Origin: an uncultured virus (IMG/VR IMGVR_UViG_3300027747_002957)
Lineage: Duplodnaviria > Heunggongvirae > Uroviricota > Caudoviricetes
Virus record (IMG/VR): IMGVR_UViG_3300027747_002957
DNA: 20,000 nucleotides
Direction: 5' to 3' (one strand)
The position numbers were made by a program, and so were the translations under genes. Below, one piece after another: positions 1 through 9,155 of this stretch. Each line of letters starts with the position of its first letter. Position 1 is the stretch's first letter. The notes beneath the pieces were generated by a model, which ran no database searches, had not been told where the DNA came from, and saw nothing but the letters and a program-made list of their open reading frames with translations.

Positions 1-621
1 CACAGTTACTTCGACGACGTGGTGGCCAGCTACCACCCCGAGTGGGTCAAGCACGAGCAGTTCATGGCCAATGCCAAGTACTTGGAGACCAGAGTCAACT
101 ACTTGGCCATACGCATGATGATGGCCGAGGACCACTGGGATAGCCAGATGGCGCGTGCTGATGAGATCTTTGATGCCATGGGTAACGTGCACATGGAATA
201 CGTACCCATACTGGCCGAGATGAGCACTGCGGCCCAGCCCTATGACTACAGCGACAAGAACAAGATAGACTGGCTGATGAACAACAACCTGCGCATCAAG
301 CAGACGCTGACCAAGCCCAAGAACAGAGTGGGCAGCACAGCCACCATGGAGCATTGGAGCGACGGCACGGTGCAGCCAGTGAACAGCAACAGGTTGGCAG
401 CAGAGCGCGTCAACTTCTTTGAGGGTTGGCAGTGCGATCTTGGTACCAGCATCAACATAGGCATCAATGGCGACATAACCCTGGGCAGCTGTGGCGTCAG
501 CGGAGTCATAGGCAACATCTCTGGGCAGCTGAACCTGGACAGCCTGCCCGTGACAGTGACCTGCAGCAAGCACCACTGCCACTGCGGCACTGACATCTGC
601 ATCCCCAAGAGGCGCACATGA
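1..621 (+). CDS. Radical SAM family protein, 5'-truncated; C-terminal part with Cys-rich SPASM/Twitch-like auxiliary domain
   Basis: Frame 1 is open from base 1 (HSYFDDVVASYHPEW...). 'VASYHPE' matches 'CLSFHPE' in the radical SAM at 9152. The C-terminus GWQCDLG..INIGINGDI...C...G.IGNI...TCSKHHCHCGTDICIPK aligns with the C-terminus of 9152..10129. The CxxxCxxC motif would lie upstream of the window. Confidence 0.8.
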   Translation, partial: HSYFDDVVASYHPEWVKHEQFMANAKYLETRVNYLAIRMMMAEDHWDSQMARADEIFDAMGNVHMEYVPILAEMSTAAQPYDYSDKNKIDWLMNNNLRIKQTLTKPKNRVGSTATMEHWSDGTVQPVNSNRLAAERVNFFEGWQCDLGTSINIGINGDITLGSCGVSGVIGNISGQLNLDSLPVTVTCSKHHCHCGTDICIPKRRT

Positions 622-1883
622 CCACTGACAGCTTCTGCGTGATGCCATGGCGCAATCTCAACACCACTCCCATGGGCCAGTGCAAGCTCTGCTGCAACAT
701 ACAGGATTTCAAGGTCATACATGAGGTGGGCGGCACTCCCTTGAACTGGGGCACCAACAGCCTTACGCACATCTGGAACGGTGAGCACATGCAGGGCGTG
801 CGGCAGAAGATGCTGCAGGGTGAACAGGTCAGCGACTGTGGCATCTGTTATGGCATCGAAGCCAGCGGGGTAGCTAGCCCACGGCAACTGGCCAATCAAG
901 CACAGCCCATGGATAGATCTCTGCTAGGTAGGATCAGCGACAGCTTGCCTGTGAGTTTTGAGCTGCGGCCCAGCACTCGCTGCAACCTAACCTGCGTCAC
1001 TTGCTGGAGCGGCAGCAGCGACAGGGTGGCTGCACAGAGGCGTGAGCTTTTGGATGATGACAACACAGTGCTACCGCCGTGGTTGGCCAAAGAATGGCAC
1101 AAGGAGCTGCGCATCAACAAATCAGATGGCAGCGAAGAATGGAAAAGCGATGGTGATTACATAAGCAGGTCGCAGAGCCTTGACAACTTCAAACTCATGG
1201 CACCAACCCTGCAGCGTCTGTATATCACAGGCGGCGAGCCAACCATGGATGCCAATATCTATCAGTATCTGGACATACTGCTGGAGGCAGGCAACACTGA
1301 CTGCGAGGTCAGCTTCACCACCAACTGCACCCTGTGGAATCCCAAGCTGATACAGCAGCTGAGCCAGTTCAAGACAGAAGTGCAGATCAGCATAGACGGT
1401 TTTGGTGCGCAGGACGAATTCATACGGCAGGGCACAGTGTGGAGTGAAAAGGACCAAAACTTCCGTCGCTATCTCAGCAGTGGCATGGCACAGAGCATCA
1501 AGATATTCACGGTGGTCAGCGCACTGAACTGCCTCAGCATGCGACCTCTGCTGCGGCACATCAGCTACACGGTACAAGAGATAGGGACCCCCTGCATATG
1601 GTTCCCCATAGTCTTGGATTTTCCGCCATATCTCAGCGTTGAAGCTGTGCCACTGGCAGCTCGGCAGTCTGCTTGGCGCGATCTAAAGCGCAGCATTCCT
1701 CAAGGCCCCTGTGACATGCATCATGGCATCGCGTATGCCCAGCAGGTGGTGACCAACAGGCCCTTTGACAGTGATCTCAGCCTGAGGCTGCAGCAGTGGT
1801 TGGTGTTCAAGCGCACAGCGCATGGCATAGACACTGCTGACATATTACCAGAGCTCACGGAGGCCCTTGTTGCCTGTGCCTGA
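618..1883 (+). CDS. Radical SAM protein with N-terminal Twitch-like domain
   Basis: CNLTCVTC (CxxxCxxC), YITGGEP, FTTN and ISIDG motifs; N-terminal FCVMPW...CKLCC...CGICYGIE; ATGA overlap with the upstream gene. Confidence 0.9.
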   Translation: MTTDSFCVMPWRNLNTTPMGQCKLCCNIQDFKVIHEVGGTPLNWGTNSLTHIWNGEHMQGVRQKMLQGEQVSDCGICYGIEASGVASPRQLANQAQPMDRSLLGRISDSLPVSFELRPSTRCNLTCVTCWSGSSDRVAAQRRELLDDDNTVLPPWLAKEWHKELRINKSDGSEEWKSDGDYISRSQSLDNFKLMAPTLQRLYITGGEPTMDANIYQYLDILLEAGNTDCEVSFTTNCTLWNPKLIQQLSQFKTEVQISIDGFGAQDEFIRQGTVWSEKDQNFRRYLSSGMAQSIKIFTVVSALNCLSMRPLLRHISYTVQEIGTPCIWFPIVLDFPPYLSVEAVPLAARQSAWRDLKRSIPQGPCDMHHGIAYAQQVVTNRPFDSDLSLRLQQWLVFKRTAHGIDTADILPELTEALVACA

Positions 1884-3129
1884 ACATCCCAGCTTCTGCG
1901 TGCTAGCCTACAACAGCCTCAGCCTGGATGGTCCCGGCCGGCCACGTCTATGCTGCAACAACCACGGCCACTGGAAGGACTTCAGCAATCCATTCATCAC
2001 TGACATCACTGAACCCTTGGAAGTGCTCAACAGCCCGCTGCACAAGGCCGTGAGGCAGAGCATCGCTAAGAGTGAGAGACATCCAAGCTGCAGCAAGTGC
2101 TGGCAGATCGAAGACACTGGTGGTGTCAGCTTCAGGCATATCTGGAACGGTGTCTACAGCGATCTGGGATACAGCTGCCAGCCGCGTGCCACGGCCAGCG
2201 ACGGCACGCTGCTGCCAGGCAGTGACATACAGTATCTGGACATAACCTTTGGCAATAAGTGCAACCTAGTGTGCCGCATGTGCAACTGGGCCAACAGCCA
2301 CCTGTGGACCATAGACAACATCAAGCTGGGCAGGCATGACAGCTATGCTGATCAGCGTGCCTCACACCAGCAGTGGTTCGAGGATCCCAGGGCCATGGAG
2401 GTGATACTCAGCACGCTGCCCACGGTCACGCACATCAACTTCCTTGGCGGGGAACCGCTGATCATAAAGCAGCATCACGAGATCCTTGAAGCCTGCGTGG
2501 CGCAGCAAGTGGCACATCGCATCAGCATCAGCTACAACACCAATCTCACGCACATGCCCAGCCAGCTGCTGGAGCTGTGGCAGCAGTTTGGCCACATAAC
2601 CATCAATGTCAGCCTCGAAGCAATCGGCAAGGCCAACGACTACATACGTCAGAACAGCAGCTGGGCAGACATCATGCGTAACCTACGTGCGCTACTGAGC
2701 ATAGCAAAGCACCAAGAGACCATGAAGATCGACATACACACCACGTTCGGTCTATACAACTGTTTCAGTGCTGCTGAGCTGATAACATGGTGCAGGCAAA
2801 GGCCTGGATTGGGTGGGCTGCCATTCGTGAACGTGGTCTATCATCCCAGCTACCAAGACGTGAGGCTGCTGCCAGACAGTGCCAAGCGCACGGTGCGTGA
2901 TCAGATACTAGCCGCGCTGGAGGGCATGCAGCAGCATCAATATCACGCATCCTGGATAGCGGCACTGAACCACATGGACCAAAGCAGTGACTCGGTGTCT
3001 GCTCATCGCAACCCCGGATGGCCCACTGACCTGTGGCTTCAGTTCTGGCATGACGCTGGCGAGATAGATCGGCTCAAGAACAGGGCCATGGCTGATCACT
3101 TACCCCAGCTCTGGGAGCTGCGACCATGA
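1867..3129 (+). CDS. Radical SAM protein with N-terminal Twitch-like domain
   Basis: CNLVCRMC, FLGGEP, YNTN and VSLEAIG motifs; N-terminal FCVLAY...RLCC...CSKCWQIE. The start is ambiguous (TTG 1867/1870 or GTG 1876; GGAGG at 1859-1863). Confidence 0.9.
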   Translation: MLPVPEHPSFCVLAYNSLSLDGPGRPRLCCNNHGHWKDFSNPFITDITEPLEVLNSPLHKAVRQSIAKSERHPSCSKCWQIEDTGGVSFRHIWNGVYSDLGYSCQPRATASDGTLLPGSDIQYLDITFGNKCNLVCRMCNWANSHLWTIDNIKLGRHDSYADQRASHQQWFEDPRAMEVILSTLPTVTHINFLGGEPLIIKQHHEILEACVAQQVAHRISISYNTNLTHMPSQLLELWQQFGHITINVSLEAIGKANDYIRQNSSWADIMRNLRALLSIAKHQETMKIDIHTTFGLYNCFSAAELITWCRQRPGLGGLPFVNVVYHPSYQDVRLLPDSAKRTVRDQILAALEGMQQHQYHASWIAALNHMDQSSDSVSAHRNPGWPTDLWLQFWHDAGEIDRLKNRAMADHLPQLWELRP

Positions 3130-4385
3130 CCGTGCACTGGGTGTTTGACGATCCCACAAGGTTCAGGACCATGACGGCCTGCCCAGTGACCACCCTGGGT
3201 GTGAGAGATCACTTGGTAACTGGTAGGTTTCCCATTGCCAATTTCTTCCATTACTGGCGCAACAACTTTTGGAACCGATCCGACGTGGTATGGCAGCACA
3301 GCAGCGTCGCCGATCGTCCACGCAACTATGCCTACAACATAGGCACGTGGCAGGATGCGCAGTATTGGACCGGTTGGCAGGGCAACCAAGTTGGTTTCGA
3401 CTGCTTTCTCAACCACGTGCCGCCAGAGGTCATGGCCGATGCTCAGCAGGGCCGCGCGCTGTTGGTCATAGACAATCTCAACGAAGGTTTCTATGAACCG
3501 AGGCTCTATGAGTATCTGCATCAGTGCTGTGCAGAGTATGCGCTGCCTCCCAGCTCGCTGTGCTTTCTCACTGGCAATGATCTTGATCACAGAGGCTATG
3601 CTGAATGGTGCGACGGTCTTGGCATCAGGGCTCGCATCACCATCATTGGATTCCCGCACCTGCTGTACATGCAGCAGCTGAACCTACGAAACAGCACGCG
3701 ACTAACCTGGGAAGATCAGATAGCTGCCAAGCGAGACGGCAGGCCAATCAGCCTTTACAACTGCCTCAACAGGGTCAGCAGGCAGCACCGCGAGCTCATG
3801 GTCATGAAGCTGATCGAGTCAGACCTACATCAGGAAGGCCTGGTCAGCCACAACCAGCTATGGTATCATGGCTGGCCAGACTGGGGCGTGCCGGAAGCTG
3901 TGATCAACAAGGCTCAGGCCACGCTGCCACTGATAGTGGATGACGCAGACTTTGGCAACAACAAGGCCATGCACATCAATACCAGCATCTACACCAACAG
4001 CTGGTTCAGCGTGATCAACGAGACCCATGCCTTTGACGAGCCACACAATCTGTTCATCAGCGAAAAGCTGTGGAAACCAATCTGGGCGCTGCAGCCGTTC
4101 ATGGTCTGGGGTCACCAGAACACGCTGGCACTGCTGCGCAGCTGGGGCTTCGAAACCTATGGCTGCCTCTGGGACGAGATCTATGACAGCCAAACCGATC
4201 TAGCCAGGTTGGAGCTGATACTGCAGAACCTGCGCGAAGCACGGTGGCACAGGGACAAGCTGCACTGGTGGATGCGCTGCCGAGAAGTCTGCGAGCACAA
4301 CCAACAGCTGTTCTGCGGCATGGATTGGTTCAACAGCAGCCACCATCAGCAGTTCCTTGCTGCCTATCGTGGACTAAACAGCTGA
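3126..4385 (+). CDS. Putative glycosyltransferase (GT-B-like) of phage type
   Basis: ATGA-coupled 419-aa ORF. The C-terminal 'CLNRVSRQHR...FSVINET...FISEKLWKPIWALQPFMVWG' resembles the E...(I/V)TEK nucleotide-sugar-binding motif of GT10-like enzymes. Function is inferred from motif and context. Confidence 0.55.
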   Translation: MTVHWVFDDPTRFRTMTACPVTTLGVRDHLVTGRFPIANFFHYWRNNFWNRSDVVWQHSSVADRPRNYAYNIGTWQDAQYWTGWQGNQVGFDCFLNHVPPEVMADAQQGRALLVIDNLNEGFYEPRLYEYLHQCCAEYALPPSSLCFLTGNDLDHRGYAEWCDGLGIRARITIIGFPHLLYMQQLNLRNSTRLTWEDQIAAKRDGRPISLYNCLNRVSRQHRELMVMKLIESDLHQEGLVSHNQLWYHGWPDWGVPEAVINKAQATLPLIVDDADFGNNKAMHINTSIYTNSWFSVINETHAFDEPHNLFISEKLWKPIWALQPFMVWGHQNTLALLRSWGFETYGCLWDEIYDSQTDLARLELILQNLREARWHRDKLHWWMRCREVCEHNQQLFCGMDWFNSSHHQQFLAAYRGLNS

Positions 4386-6289
4386 TGAAGAAACTCTATC
4401 TCTCGCAGATCAACAACAGCTTTGGTGGGCAGGCCTTCCTGCCCTATTCAGTGGGCATGCTGTGGAGCTACGCAGCAAGCCAGCCTGACATCGCACACAG
4501 CTATGAGCTGGGCGGCCTGCTGTTCCTTCGCGAACCCTTGGACACTGCGGCTGATCGCATGGTGGACCCAGACGTGCTGGCTCTCAGCTGCTATCTGTGG
4601 AACTGGAACTATAACATGGCACTGGCCAAGCTGGTGAAGCAGAGATATCCCAGCTGCGTGATAGTACTGGGTGGACCAGAAGTGCCCAGCAGTGGTTTTG
4701 ATTCCGAGATCACGGTTGCTGACTATCTGGTGCATGACGAAGGCGAGATCACTTTCGTGGAACTGCTGCGAGTGATCAGAGATGGTGGTGATCCTGCTGG
4801 TGTGCAGGGCATCAGCTATCTGCGAGATGGTGTGGCTCACAAAACAGAATCTCGTGCGCGCCTAGCAGATCTCTCAGTGCTACCAAGCCCTTATCTCAGT
4901 GGGTTGTTCGCTAAGCTGATCCGAGAAAATCCGCAGATAGCTTGGCATGCCAGCCAAGAGACACATAGAGGCTGCCCCTACAGCTGTACCTTCTGCGACT
5001 GGGGATCAGCTGTGTACACCAAGATACGGCAGTTTGACACAGCTCGCTTGGTCAGCGAACTTTCTTGGTTTGGCACCAACCGTATCGATCTGCTCTACAA
5101 CTGCGACGCCAACTATGGAATCTATGCTCGCGATCTGGACATCACTGCTGAGATGGTGAAAACCAAGCAGCAGTGGGGCTATCCTCAGAAGTTCCGTGCC
5201 AGCTATGCCAAGCGCAGCGATCAAAAGGTCTTTGACATAGCCAAGCTGCTGAACGATGCTGGCATGAGCAAGGGTGTGACGCTGAGCATGCAGAGCATGG
5301 ATCCACACACATTGGGGATCATCAAGCGCAAGAACATAGCCATCGAAGACTTCCGACCCCTGGTTGATCGCTATAGGCAGCAGAACATAGCAACCTACAC
5401 AGAACTGATAATAGGCCTGCCGGGCGAGACGCTGCACAGCTATAAACAGGGCATCGAGACACTGTTACAGGGTGGGCAGCACGACAACCTAGTGATCTAC
5501 ACCTGCATGGTGCTGCGCAATTCAGAGATGGCAGATCCCAGACACATGGCTGAGCAGGGCATACGAAAGCAGCGTGTACCTCTGATGGACAATCACAGCA
5601 GCACTCGTCCAGATGAGATACCGGAATACAATGACATAGTGATCGCGACCAGCAGCATGCCTCATGACGATTGGCGAGCTGCCTATAGGATCAGCTGGAT
5701 CGTGCAGGCACTGCATTGCCTTGGTCTCACTCAGTATCTGGCCATGGACTATTGGCGAGTGAACGGCAGCTATACCGAGTTCTATGAGCGCTTGCTGCGA
5801 GCACACCGTGACCAACCCACACTGCTGGGCGCACAGATTGCTAGGATCGATCACACGCTGGATCGCATGCTGGATGGCGCCGAGGATCTGGGCCAGAGCG
5901 ATAGCCGTTTCGGTGACATCAACTGGCCAGTTGAAGAGCTGACATTCCTGCAGCTGCGATCAGACAGCACTCGTTTCTATGCTGAGCTTGTGCCTTTCCT
6001 GCGTGATTGGATGACCGATGATCACATCGCAGACGCAGTGCACTTCCAGCAGCAGTGGATACTGGGACCCGATCACGAGACAGATGAAGCACACAGCTAT
6101 GGCCATGACATACCCAGCATGATCACTGCCGCGCTGCGCTGCACGCCAGGTCCAGTGCTACGGCAACCAGTATCCGTGAGCTTTGAGTCCGCATCCTATC
6201 CCCGCAGCAGCCAAGACTGGGCGCGACAGATAGTTTGGTATGGCAGGAAACAGGTGTTACACAAGAGGAGGATACATGAGATTGCTTGA
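4385..6289 (+). CDS. Cobalamin (B12)-binding radical SAM protein (class B type)
   Basis: N-terminal B12-binding domain (LPYSVGML...ALSCYLWN...VLGGPEV...DEGEITF), RGCPYSCTFCDWG motif and ELIIGLPGET. The true start is at 4385 (TGATG overlap), not 4244. Confidence 0.9.
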   Translation: MKKLYLSQINNSFGGQAFLPYSVGMLWSYAASQPDIAHSYELGGLLFLREPLDTAADRMVDPDVLALSCYLWNWNYNMALAKLVKQRYPSCVIVLGGPEVPSSGFDSEITVADYLVHDEGEITFVELLRVIRDGGDPAGVQGISYLRDGVAHKTESRARLADLSVLPSPYLSGLFAKLIRENPQIAWHASQETHRGCPYSCTFCDWGSAVYTKIRQFDTARLVSELSWFGTNRIDLLYNCDANYGIYARDLDITAEMVKTKQQWGYPQKFRASYAKRSDQKVFDIAKLLNDAGMSKGVTLSMQSMDPHTLGIIKRKNIAIEDFRPLVDRYRQQNIATYTELIIGLPGETLHSYKQGIETLLQGGQHDNLVIYTCMVLRNSEMADPRHMAEQGIRKQRVPLMDNHSSTRPDEIPEYNDIVIATSSMPHDDWRAAYRISWIVQALHCLGLTQYLAMDYWRVNGSYTEFYERLLRAHRDQPTLLGAQIARIDHTLDRMLDGAEDLGQSDSRFGDINWPVEELTFLQLRSDSTRFYAELVPFLRDWMTDDHIADAVHFQQQWILGPDHETDEAHSYGHDIPSMITAALRCTPGPVLRQPVSVSFESASYPRSSQDWARQIVWYGRKQVLHKRRIHEIA

Positions 6290-6386
6290 TTGGCTTTTGT
6301 CCCCATACCGGCGCTGGCGTAGCTGGCGCAGATACCAACAGCGCATGTCTGAGCTGCGCAAGCGCGATCCGTTCATCTACAGATGA
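6276..6386 (+). CDS. Small basic 36-aa protein ending RKRDPFIYR (possibly SxtK/DUF5989-like)
   Basis: MRLLDWLLSPYRRWRSWRRYQQRMSELRKRDPFIYR*. A strong SD (GAGGAGGA) precedes ATG 6276, the stop overlaps the next ATG (ATGA 6383-6386), and the ORF exactly fills the gap. It is missing from the ORF track. Confidence 0.75.
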   Translation: MRLLDWLLSPYRRWRSWRRYQQRMSELRKRDPFIYR

Positions 6387-7195
6387 GCACGGCCAGGCTC
6401 ATAGCATTTGGCGACAGCTGGACCTGGGGCAGCGAGCTGCGAGACCCAAGCATACCAGGCTTGCGCGAGGACTTTGACCATCGAGACAGTGGCTATAGGC
6501 TTGAGCATGTGTGGAGCAGCTGCCTCGGTCGTGCCATTGGCAGAGATGACGTGATAAATCTAGCTTGGCCTGGCTGCAGCAATGACACCATTCTGCGCAG
6601 TCTCACCGAGTGGCTGATCACACAGGGATATCTGCAGGGCCAGGACCCGAGCAGGGATCTAGTAGCCATAGGTTGGACCAGCCCTGAACGCAGAGATTTT
6701 TGGTTCCATGACGTGGATGATCCCAGCTGCGTCGATCGGGGGTGGTTGACCATGTATCCCATGTGGACTCACACCTACAAGCATGCTGCAATCAACAGGT
6801 TCAGCAGAGAATACGTGCGGTATTGGTGGCATGCTGCGGAATACATGCATCGCTATATCAACACCATACATCGTGCTCAGCAGCTGCTAGAGGCCGCAGG
6901 CGTTGAATACTTCATGTTTCAGGCCATATACCACCATCATCAGCAGCTGATCACCGAATGGAATGATCAGCAGTATCAGGTCCAGCACGAGCTGAAGATC
7001 AGCGACGCAGACAGGCAGATATGGCAGCTGATAGACGGTGATCGATTCATGCACAAGGATCAACCTCTGGCCACGTTTCACAATCACATAATCGGAGACC
7101 GTGATCCCAGAGAAGTTCTGCTGATCAGCCATCCCAACGAGCTGGGCCATCGACTGTGGGCTGATCATATCTGTGATTGGTTGACGCAGCGATGA
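6383..7195 (+). CDS. SGNH/GDSL hydrolase-fold protein (esterase or acyltransferase)
   Basis: Block I 'LIAFGDSWTWG', block II 'INLAWPGCSND', block V 'SHPNELGHRLWAD'. Confidence 0.85.
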   Translation: MSTARLIAFGDSWTWGSELRDPSIPGLREDFDHRDSGYRLEHVWSSCLGRAIGRDDVINLAWPGCSNDTILRSLTEWLITQGYLQGQDPSRDLVAIGWTSPERRDFWFHDVDDPSCVDRGWLTMYPMWTHTYKHAAINRFSREYVRYWWHAAEYMHRYINTIHRAQQLLEAAGVEYFMFQAIYHHHQQLITEWNDQQYQVQHELKISDADRQIWQLIDGDRFMHKDQPLATFHNHIIGDRDPREVLLISHPNELGHRLWADHICDWLTQR

Positions 7196-7938
7196 GAGCA
7201 GCTGTTTTTCTCAGAGGCCACAGGCGTACCTGGGATCAGACCCGCGACGCCATGACCCAGACCATGTCAGCCATCTGTGACCAAACCCACTACTATATCT
7301 GCCAATGGCGCACAGACAGCTGCAGAGATTTCGATGCTTACAGAGACATGCAGATCATGCATGCGGAGCTAACAGGTCCCGAGCATTGGGATATCGCAGA
7401 CAACATCAACAGCGCTACTGCGCCTAGCTGGCAATCGCTGCGTTGTTATAAAGCTATGAAGGCCACTGGCATTGACTATGACATGATCATCGATACCAGA
7501 TCAGATATCTGGATATCGCCCACTGAGATCAAGATTAGCCTGCCTCGGCAGGGAGAGATCTACACCACCAAGCTGGAGAATCCCTGGTATGACAGTGTGA
7601 TGCCTGGCATGGAGGATCACTTGTTTGCTGCCGAACCAACCACCATGGGTATATGGTGCCAAAGGCACCTGAGACCACGCAGTGACATCAGCTTCAATCA
7701 CTGCATACTGTGGCAATACTGCGTGGATCTAGGGCTTGAACCAAGGCAGATACCGTGGTTATTGTCACGGTTCGTGCGTCCAAACGTGGGCCATGCACCG
7801 CAGCATGACAGCGGGTTGTTGAGTACCCTGCAGCATGAATGGACAGGCCTTTCGCAGCAAGCAAGGCTGGCCCACTGCTTGGCTATGGGCATCGATCCCA
7901 GAGAATATGCGGCAGAATATCACATAGGACCATGTTAA
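7192..7938 (+). CDS. Hypothetical protein, putative glycosyltransferase-like
   Basis: ATGA-coupled start at 7192. 'MRAAVFLRGHRRT' and 'YDMIIDTRSDI' resemble the A.x.x.x.G.x.x.R ... YD.x.x.x.x.x.R.x.D pattern seen in putative phage glycosyltransferases. Confidence 0.45.
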   Translation: MRAAVFLRGHRRTWDQTRDAMTQTMSAICDQTHYYICQWRTDSCRDFDAYRDMQIMHAELTGPEHWDIADNINSATAPSWQSLRCYKAMKATGIDYDMIIDTRSDIWISPTEIKISLPRQGEIYTTKLENPWYDSVMPGMEDHLFAAEPTTMGIWCQRHLRPRSDISFNHCILWQYCVDLGLEPRQIPWLLSRFVRPNVGHAPQHDSGLLSTLQHEWTGLSQQARLAHCLAMGIDPREYAAEYHIGPC

Positions 7939-7941
7939 CAC

Positions 7942-7971
7942 TTGCTGAACTGGCCGCGCGAACCGCATAAT
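7942..7971 (+). promoter_or_regulatory. Possible internal sigma70-like promoter upstream of the UDP-sugar dehydrogenase
   Basis: TTGCTG (7942-7947), 18 nt, CATAAT (7966-7971), in the only real intergenic gap of the operon; GGAGG SD follows. Confidence 0.35.
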
Positions 7972-7994
7972 TATCTCATAGCCGGAGGACAGAC

Positions 7995-9155
7995 ATGCGC
8001 GTGGGTATGATAGGTTTGGGCAAGCTGGGCTTGCCTGTGGCAGAGGCCATGGCAAGAACACATGATGTCATGGGCACTGACATACGACCAGTGACCACTG
8101 AACGTGTCAAGCTGGGCACCTTGGCCGAAGTGGCTGCTCACAGCGAGATACTGTTCATAGCAGTGCCAACACCGCACGACCCGGCCTACGATGGCAGTGC
8201 TCCCACCAGCCACTTGCCCAGCAAGGATTTTGATTACAGCACCGTGATCGCTGTGCTGCAGCAGCTAGAACACTGTGACATCGAAAACACAACAGTGGTG
8301 CTGATCAGCACAGTGCTGCCAGGCACGCTACGCAGGCAGCTGGCTAGGCATATCAGCAAGACCAACTTGGTCTACAATCCCTATCTCATAGCCATGGGCA
8401 CCGTGGCACACGACATGGTCCATCCAGAGATGATACTGATCGGCACGGCCACTGGCACAGAAGATGCTGCCGTGGAACAGCTCAGGGCATTCTATGCGCC
8501 CATGATGCAGAACGATCCCAGGGTGATCACAGGCACCTGGGAAGAGATGGAAGCCATCAAGATCTTCTACAACACCTTCATCTCAGCCAAGATTGGCCTG
8601 GTCAACATGATACAGGACGTGGCCGAGAGAGTGGGTAACATGGACAGCGACTTGGTTGCCCGTGCGCTGGCAGACAGCACGCAGAGGATCATGGGTCCGG
8701 CCTACATGAAACCAGGCATGGGCGACGGTGGACCCTGCCATCCCAGAGACAACATAGCACTGCGCTGGTTGGCCCAGCGCTTGGACCTGGGCTATGATCT
8801 GTTTGACGGCATCATGCGTGCTCGCGAAGTGCAGGCCGACAACCTAGCACGCGAGCTGGTCAGCCACAACCTACCCGTGGTCATACTGGGCAAGAGCTAC
8901 AAGCAGGGCGTGGATCACACAGACGGCAGCTATAGCCTGCTGGTTGGACACTGCTGCGAGTCCAGAGGTGCTGTGGTCAGCTATGATGCGATCAGCCTGG
9001 CCCCAGCTGTGTATCTGCTGGCACATCAGCGCTATTACACAACAGAGATGGAACAGATTGCTCAGGGCAGCGTGGTGGTGGATCCATGGCGCAGTACCAC
9101 AGTGCCAGATGGCATAGAGCTGATACCCTATGGTAACACGAGAAGCATCACATGA
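7995..9155 (+). CDS. ugd: UDP-glucose/GDP-mannose dehydrogenase family protein
   Basis: Rossmann 'GMIGLGKLG', 'FIAVPTP', 'STVLPGT', 'E.IKIFYNTF', and catalytic Cys in 'GDGGPCHPRD'. Confidence 0.9.
   Translation: MRVGMIGLGKLGLPVAEAMARTHDVMGTDIRPVTTERVKLGTLAEVAAHSEILFIAVPTPHDPAYDGSAPTSHLPSKDFDYSTVIAVLQQLEHCDIENTTVVLISTVLPGTLRRQLARHISKTNLVYNPYLIAMGTVAHDMVHPEMILIGTATGTEDAAVEQLRAFYAPMMQNDPRVITGTWEEMEAIKIFYNTFISAKIGLVNMIQDVAERVGNMDSDLVARALADSTQRIMGPAYMKPGMGDGGPCHPRDNIALRWLAQRLDLGYDLFDGIMRAREVQADNLARELVSHNLPVVILGKSYKQGVDHTDGSYSLLVGHCCESRGAVVSYDAISLAPAVYLLAHQRYYTTEMEQIAQGSVVVDPWRSTTVPDGIELIPYGNTRSIT

Noticed and set aside
246..899. 217-aa minus-strand ORF, and the similar antisense ORFs at 3096-3659, 9128-9922, 15722-16315 and 19258-19851
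   Set aside because: These are antisense shadows of well-supported genes in GC-rich DNA, with no recognisable motifs.
4244..4384. N-terminal extension of the B12 radical SAM given by the ORF track
   Set aside because: It overlaps the upstream gene by about 140 nt; the TGATG-coupled ATG at 4385 is the better start.
6286..6477. 63-aa Cys-containing ORF as a possible RiPP precursor
   Set aside because: It has a TTG start and overlaps the SGNH gene by 95 nt. The alternative frame 6276-6386 has an ATG, a well-spaced SD and exact coupling.
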